Notes under the pieces: model-generated
Told to the model about the DNA's origin: nothing
Database searches by the model: none
What the model saw: the letters and a program-made list of their open reading frames with translations, nothing else
Part shown: positions 58,885 to 64,000 of the stretch, piece by piece
How positions within the stretch are numbered: the stretch's first letter is position 1
Layout of the letters: the number at the start of each line of letters is the position of its first letter
Program-made: the position numbers and the translations under genes
Source of the DNA: Candidatus Latescibacterota bacterium
Lineage (GTDB): Bacteria > Krumholzibacteriota > Krumholzibacteriia > WVZY01 > JAKEHA01
Assembly (NCBI GenBank): GCA_963761125.1
Contig: CAVXFV010000002.1
Location: forward strand, 207,963 to 271,962
Length of the DNA stretch: 64,000 nucleotides
Reading direction: 5' to 3'

Positions 58885-59019
58885 CGGGGGGCTTTGCTAC
58901 GCTCTGCCGCGCCAGGAGTCATCAACGCCCCGACGCTCGTCGACCCGGACGGCTACCGACTGGACTTCGAGAGTCCGACGGACGTTGCAGAGGACACGGT
59001 CTACGCCGACCCTGTGTGA
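58885..59019 (+). pseudogene. possible 3' remnant of a VOC/glyoxalase-family gene
   Basis: The tail of ORF 58348..59019 reads ...GVINAPTLVDPDGYRLDFESP, resembling the DPDG-x-x-(I/L)-(E/D)-(F/L) C-terminus of VOC proteins. G+C returns to the host level here. No matching N-terminal half exists. Confidence 0.3.
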
Positions 59020-59027
59020 GGAGACAA

Positions 59028-59672
59028 ATGTCAAAAGTTCGCGTTATGAGCTTTGGTGTATCCACCGACGGCTACTCCGCCGGTCCCAACCAGGACCTCG
59101 AGAATCCGCTCGGCGTCGGTGGGCCGGAAGTGATGGGGTGGTTCTTTCCCACGCGGGTGTTTCAGAAGATGTACGGTGACGGAAACGGGGAGACCGGCAT
59201 CGACAACCGGATGGCCGAGCGCGGTTTCGATGGAATCGGCGCGTGGATTCTCGGGCGCAACATGTTCGGGCCCGTTCGCGGACCCTGGCCCGACGAGAAC
59301 TGGAAAGGCTGGTGGGGCGAGGACCCGCCGTACCACGTGCCGACGTTTGTGCTGACGCACCACGCGCGCGCACCGATCACGATGAAGGGTGGCACCGTGT
59401 TTCATTTCGTGACCGACGGCATCGAGTCGGCGCTCAAGCAGGCGAAAGCCGCGGCGGGCGATCGCGACGTTCGCATCGGCGGCGGCGTGGCGACGATCCG
59501 GCAGTATCTCCAGGCTGGCCTGATCGACGAACTGCACCTCGCGATCCGTCCCGCGTTGATGGGTTCAGGCGAAAACCTGTGGGCGGGAATCAACGCGCCC
59601 GCGTTGGGGTATGAACTCGCGGAGTTCACCATGGGCGAACGCGCGATGCACGTGATCCTGCGCAAGCGCTAG
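59028..59672 (+). CDS. dihydrofolate reductase-family protein (RibD C-terminal domain)
   Basis: It starts at ATG 59028 (MSKVRVMSFGVSTDGY) with a GGAGA RBS. The C-terminus has the Rossmann-like IGGGVATIRQYLQAGLIDELHL. Confidence 0.85.
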   Translation: MSKVRVMSFGVSTDGYSAGPNQDLENPLGVGGPEVMGWFFPTRVFQKMYGDGNGETGIDNRMAERGFDGIGAWILGRNMFGPVRGPWPDENWKGWWGEDPPYHVPTFVLTHHARAPITMKGGTVFHFVTDGIESALKQAKAAAGDRDVRIGGGVATIRQYLQAGLIDELHLAIRPALMGSGENLWAGINAPALGYELAEFTMGERAMHVILRKR

Positions 59673-59737
59673 TGCGACGGCGCATGCGCGCATTCCACTC
59701 CCAGCGCTGGGAGTGAATACCGTCGCGTTCCCGGGTT

Positions 59738-60433
59738 CTATCTCGCCTGCGGCCCCGCGTTCAGCGTGTCGACGATGTCGACCAGTTCGTAGATGTCGTC
59801 GATGTCGTGGTCGGCGCCGCTCTCCTTGGAGCCCTTGGTGTCGCCGTAGCGCGCGAAGACGGTGATCATTCCCAGCTTTCCGGCGCCGGTGATGTCGCGC
59901 TCCGGCCAGTCGCCGATCATGATGGCCTCGCCCGGGTCGAGCTGGAAGTAATCGAGCGCGCGCTGGAACGGCTTGGGGCTGGGCTTGCGCACGCCGGTGT
60001 CTTCGAAGGTCGTGACGAAGTCGAACATGTGGTGGAGCTGGAGATAGCACAGGCGCAGCCAGGCTTCCTTGCGCGGCGCGTCGGAGACGACCCCCAGCTT
60101 GATCCCGCGCTTCATCAGCTCGATCAGCGTGATCTTGACGTGGGGATACAGTACCAGCGACGCCTCCTTGGCGCGCCGGTAGCCGACGATTCCCGCGGCG
60201 TGGATCTTGTAGTCCACGGCACCGATCAGTTCCTCGAGCGCGTGGTCGAAGACGTTCTGGAACTCGATCCCCTCGCGTTCGTAAATCGAATAGATCTTCT
60301 GCTTGATCTCCGGGGGTGAGAAGCGCAGCCCGGCGTCGATCATGGCGTCCACGGCCGCGTCGACGGCGTTCTCCTTCATGCGCATGAAATCCGTCAGGGT
60401 GTTGTCGAGATCGAAGATGACAGCTTTGATCAT
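59738..60433 (-). CDS. HAD-superfamily hydrolase
   Basis: Motif I is VIFDLDNTL. It also has VSDAP and a late GDWPERD motif. Confidence 0.85.
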   Translation of the reverse strand: MIKAVIFDLDNTLTDFMRMKENAVDAAVDAMIDAGLRFSPPEIKQKIYSIYEREGIEFQNVFDHALEELIGAVDYKIHAAGIVGYRRAKEASLVLYPHVKITLIELMKRGIKLGVVSDAPRKEAWLRLCYLQLHHMFDFVTTFEDTGVRKPSPKPFQRALDYFQLDPGEAIMIGDWPERDITGAGKLGMITVFARYGDTKGSKESGADHDIDDIYELVDIVDTLNAGPQAR

Positions 60434-60555
60434 GATGGTTACTCTTAGTGTGCGCGTGCGACGGCGGTCCGTCCACGCAAGTCGATGGTGGAAAGAGGCT
60501 TATTCTAGTGGAAGATAGTACCTCGCGCAACACCCCGCACGACGTCTTTACGGCG

Positions 60556-61344
60556 ATGAACAACTATTTCCTGTTGTTCTTCTGCGCGAGCTGCGTGCTG
60601 TCGAGCATGTACATCCAGGAGCTGTTCATGGCGGCGGAGCACTACCGGCTGGGGATCGGGGCGTCGTCGCTGCTGGGGATCATCCTGCCGGTGTACCTGC
60701 TGACCTACCGCTTCCCGTCGGGCGTGAAGCAGCAGCTCCGCCTGCGCAAGCCCCGCTGGCCGCGCTTGATCCTGGTGGCGTTCGCGGCGCTTTCCGCCGT
60801 CATCGTGGTGGACCAGATCTATGTCCTCACCCAGCACTTCAGCCCGGTCCCGGAGGACTACGCCGACGCGATCCGCTCGCTCAAGCCCACCAACACGATC
60901 CAGTTCATCGTGACGTTGCTCGGGCTGTGCGTGTTCGTGCCGGTGGCGGAGGAGGCCGTGTTCCGCGGATTGATTCAGCAGGTGTTCACGCGCAACATGG
61001 GACCGATTCTCGCGATCGCGCTATCGGGCGCGATCTTCGGCGCGGTGCACCTGAACGCGCATCTGTTGATCAGCATCACGGTGTTCGGCTGGTTCCTGGC
61101 GTGGATCTATCACGCGACGGGCAACCTGACCTATACGATGGTGGCGCACTCGATCTTCAACGCGGTGGCGTTCGCGCAACTGGTGTGGATTCCGGAGACG
61201 TCCGCCGGCGACCTGCCCATCTACCTGCAGGACATCCGAATCGTCGTGGGCGCGACCGTGATCTTCATCTTCCTGCTCTTCAAAATGAAAGAGGGAGGCT
61301 CCGAAACGGAACCTCCCTATCTGGACGAGTCGCCCGCCGAATAG
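60556..61344 (+). CDS. CPBP-family intramembrane glutamic endopeptidase (start uncertain)
   Basis: It has the motifs EEAVFRGLIQ and FGAVH...H. The start could be ATG 60556 or GTG 60508. Confidence 0.8.
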   Translation: MNNYFLLFFCASCVLSSMYIQELFMAAEHYRLGIGASSLLGIILPVYLLTYRFPSGVKQQLRLRKPRWPRLILVAFAALSAVIVVDQIYVLTQHFSPVPEDYADAIRSLKPTNTIQFIVTLLGLCVFVPVAEEAVFRGLIQQVFTRNMGPILAIALSGAIFGAVHLNAHLLISITVFGWFLAWIYHATGNLTYTMVAHSIFNAVAFAQLVWIPETSAGDLPIYLQDIRIVVGATVIFIFLLFKMKEGGSETEPPYLDESPAE

Positions 61345-61357
61345 GATCGGCGGTGGA

Positions 61358-61549
61358 TTACTTGACGGACGTGCTGATGTCGCGTCCGACGCTGATCTCC
61401 CCGTTATCGATACGGATATTGAACCCGCAGTCGGGGTTGTTGCACACCCAGGCTTTGTACATGATGGGTGCGCCGTCGCGTCCATAGTCCGACAAGGGCA
61501 GCAGAATGCCCTTGTTACATTTCTGGCATCCGGGAAAAGGCTTCTCCAT
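61358..61549 (-). CDS. small zinc-ribbon protein (YgiT/MqsA-type finger-like)
   Basis: It is 63 aa counting from the internal ATG: MEKPFPGCQKCNKGILLPLSDYG...AWVCNNPDCGF (CxxC...CxxxxC). The start is uncertain; the full ORF extends to 61660. Confidence 0.5.
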   Translation of the reverse strand: MEKPFPGCQKCNKGILLPLSDYGRDGAPIMYKAWVCNNPDCGFNIRIDNGEISVGRDISTSVK

Positions 61550-61706
61550 AAGACCGCACCGCGCGCCGAATGCCCTGGCGCGCAGCCTCGTCACCTCCCT
61601 TTCATCACCGGCTCCGGCGGCCACCCGAACCTTAACTCCCAACGAATCAAGGTGTTGCAACCACGCCGAACGCCGGGCGAATTATCCTCGCCGCAATGAG
61701 AGGGTG

Positions 61707-62723
61707 TCAAGGGCTATGTCGGCGGGAGGTTCCGGGGGCGCGGGGCGGAATCAGGCCGGTCGCCACCAGATGATCGCGAATGATCGAGGCCGTGATGCGG
61801 TGCCCCAGCACGTTCAGGTGCCACGGATCGAAGTAGTCGTCGCGGTTGATCTTGAGGTCGGCGGGCGCGAACGCGCGGAAGGCGGGCAGGAGGTCGATCG
61901 GCACCATGCCGGCGTCGCGGGCGTCGCGGTCCAGGTGCGCGTGGACGTCGGTGAGCGAGTAGGTAGCGAAACTCGGCGCGTCTTCGAAGATCGGATGGAC
62001 GACGAAGGCGACCGGCGCGCCCAGTTTGCGCGCGTCCGATGCGATGCGCGCGATGTTCGCCCGCACCTCCTGCCGGAAGGCGCAGTGCAGGAACGCGTGG
62101 AATTCCGTCGGGCAGTTCTCGCCGCGGAACTTCTGCTTGATGCGGAACGCCGCCTGGAAGACCAGCGCGGCGACGTAGCTGCGCGGGCGGTAGTAGTAGC
62201 GCCCGAGATTGCCGTTGGCGTTGTGGTACACCGGGTGCGCGGGGTCGTTGAGGCAATAGCTCCACAGAATCAGGTCGGGGTGGTAGCGCGGCGCCTCGTC
62301 TTCGAGGAGCACGAGTTCCTGCGACGTCGAGTAGCCCGCGCGCGCGAGGAGAATGACTTCGTAGCGCAGGCTGTCGCCGCGCGCGTTGAGCATGCGTTCG
62401 AGATCGCGGCCGAAGGTGGAATCGGCGGGGACGTCGCGACCTTCCGCTACCGAGTCGCCGATCAGCACGATGCGAAAGACGCCGGCCGGTTTGTCCGCGG
62501 TGTGTTCGACGTCGCGAAACCCGCGCGAGTTCGCGCCGCACTCTCCCGGGACGTACGTGTAGATCAGCCGCCGGTCGCGCGCTTGCTTCGTGCACAGCAC
62601 GTGTTCGCCGAGGCCGGCTCGCATGCGCTCGCGCTCGCGTGCCGCCTGGAGGCGAAGAACGACCTCTGTCGGAATCAGAACAACGAGAAGCGCGACGACA
62701 ATGAGCAGGAGATTCCGGCGCAT
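61707..62723 (-). CDS. SGNH/GDSL-family hydrolase with N-terminal membrane anchor
   Basis: It has a TM anchor (LLLIVVALLVVLI), block I (VLIGDSVAEG) and a late D..H-like DPWHLN. Confidence 0.75.
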   Translation of the reverse strand: MRRNLLLIVVALLVVLIPTEVVLRLQAARERERMRAGLGEHVLCTKQARDRRLIYTYVPGECGANSRGFRDVEHTADKPAGVFRIVLIGDSVAEGRDVPADSTFGRDLERMLNARGDSLRYEVILLARAGYSTSQELVLLEDEAPRYHPDLILWSYCLNDPAHPVYHNANGNLGRYYYRPRSYVAALVFQAAFRIKQKFRGENCPTEFHAFLHCAFRQEVRANIARIASDARKLGAPVAFVVHPIFEDAPSFATYSLTDVHAHLDRDARDAGMVPIDLLPAFRAFAPADLKINRDDYFDPWHLNVLGHRITASIIRDHLVATGLIPPRAPGTSRRHSP

Positions 62724-62733
62724 GGGGTGCCGA

Positions 62734-63219
62734 TCACAGCAGACGCATCACAACGAACACGCCCACCATGGTGAACATGATCGCCAGTTTTCCCAGCGTG
62801 CCGACGACGAAGCCGATCCACGCCGCCACGCCGGCCCGGCCCGCCTGCGCGACATTGCGCCGCGCCATCAGTTCGCCCACCACCGCGCCGACGAACGGCC
62901 CCAGCAATATCCCGGGCACGCCGAAGAACACGCCGACGGTGGTGCCGATCGCTGCGCCCCACATCGCGCGCTTGCTGGCGCCGACGCGTTTCGCGCCCAA
63001 CGCGCTCGCGACGAGGTCCACCACGTAGGTCAATCCCAGCAACACGGCGCAGATCGACAGCGTCGGCCAGCCGACGTACCGGAAGTGTTCGGCCCAGGCG
63101 GCAACCACCAGTCCGAGAAAGACGAGCGGCGCGCCGGGAAGCACGGGGGCGATCACACCCACGAAGCCGACGACGACGAGAACGCCGGCGAGCACCCAGA
63201 GCAGAATGGTGACGGTCAT
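62734..63219 (-). CDS. DUF456-family membrane protein
   Basis: This is the C-terminal 161 aa of ORF 62734..63843 (MTVTILLWVLAGVLVVVGFVGVIAPVLPGAPLVFLG...). The upstream part of the ORF is R-rich shadow sequence. Confidence 0.8.
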   Translation of the reverse strand: MTVTILLWVLAGVLVVVGFVGVIAPVLPGAPLVFLGLVVAAWAEHFRYVGWPTLSICAVLLGLTYVVDLVASALGAKRVGASKRAMWGAAIGTTVGVFFGVPGILLGPFVGAVVGELMARRNVAQAGRAGVAAWIGFVVGTLGKLAIMFTMVGVFVVMRLL

Positions 63220-63257
63220 CGAGGCAAGCCTAGCGCATCCGTCGCGGTCGCGCGCAC

Positions 63258-64000
63258 CTAAGTTTTGAGCTTCTTCTTTTTCGCGGCCGGGAACAGGACA
63301 TTGTTCAGGATCAGCCGGTAGCCGGGAGAATTGACGTGGAGCGACAGGTCCGTCGGCGGATCGCCGACCGCGTGCTGGTAGTCTTCGGGATCGTGTCCGC
63401 CGAGAAACGTGAACGTCCCGCGACCGATGTTGCCGTGCAGATACTTGACCTCGCCGTGCACCGCGTCCTCGCCCAGGATCACGACGCTCTTCTTGACGAG
63501 CGCCTTCTTGAAGCCGGTGGTCTGGCCGAGGAATCCCTTCACGTAGCTCACGTGGTCCTGGGTCAGCATCGCGGGCACCGGGTCGAACTTGGCGGAGAAC
63601 TCGAACAGCGTGAAGTAGTCCGCGTCGCTGCCGCGCGCGGCTGCGTAGTCGCTGGTGTCGATGTCCGAGAACTCGTAGACGAACGGACTGGTGATCAGCG
63701 TGAAATTCGTAAATGCGAAGCAGCGGCTGTAGTCGAGCTTTTTCTGGTAGCCGGGCGTGAGTCCGTCGCCGTCGAATTCCTGCGCGACGATGTCGACGCC
63801 GTTGGCCGCCAGCGCGATGTCGTACGTGTCGCAGGCGGAACACATCGCAAACATGAATCCGCCGTTTTCGACCCAGTCGCGAATGGCGTTGGCGACCGCC
63901 TTCTTCTCTTCGGACACTTTGGTGAAACCGAGCTTGCGCGCGCGTTCCTCGGAGTCGCGCTGGTCCGCCTGGTACCAGTCGGTGTAGCGATAGGCCCCGT
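63258..64000 (-). CDS. conserved hypothetical protein, 5' end beyond window
   Basis: ORF 63258..63917 continues in frame upstream to the window edge (...YRYTDWYQADQRDSEERARKLGFTKVSEEKKAVANAIRDWVENGGFMFAMCSACDTYD). I cannot assign a family with confidence. Confidence 0.55.
   Translation of the reverse strand, partial: GAYRYTDWYQADQRDSEERARKLGFTKVSEEKKAVANAIRDWVENGGFMFAMCSACDTYDIALAANGVDIVAQEFDGDGLTPGYQKKLDYSRCFAFTNFTLITSPFVYEFSDIDTSDYAAARGSDADYFTLFEFSAKFDPVPAMLTQDHVSYVKGFLGQTTGFKKALVKKSVVILGEDAVHGEVKYLHGNIGRGTFTFLGGHDPEDYQHAVGDPPTDLSLHVNSPGYRLILNNVLFPAAKKKKLKT

Overview
This is a high-G+C bacterial chromosomal window (about two-thirds G+C by eye), densely coding, with most genes on the minus strand. 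I saw no rRNA, tRNA, CRISPR array, transposase or integrase. The backbone is housekeeping: gltX, ispDF, mlaFED-like, dnaB, a 2-oxoacid:ferredoxin oxidoreductase, UDG, coaBC-rpoZ-gmk-yicC, an RqcH-like gene, selB, murA, prmC-prfA, rpmE, rho, priA, tsaD and nnr. A nitrogen-control neighbourhood (glnB, glnE, glnD, glnA) is interrupted by an HNH protein and a lipoprotein. The most unusual block is a five-gene minus-strand signalling operon at 32.5-41.1 kb. It reads REC-GGDEF(GGDDF), a small histidine kinase, two large paralogous membrane kinases ending in GAF + HD-GYP instead of a receiver, and a CheY. Other points of interest:
- a near-consensus sigma-54 promoter driving a ~270-nt transcript of unknown function, closed by a strong terminator (19.0-19.3 kb)
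- a lipoprotein built from three pseudopilin-like repeats
- a low-G+C patch next to a truncated VOC gene remnant
- several single-gene frame disruptions, all at short homopolymer or GC-repeat tracts, which look more like assembly indels than pseudogenes

All calls rest on reading the ORF translations and the DNA by eye. No searches were run.
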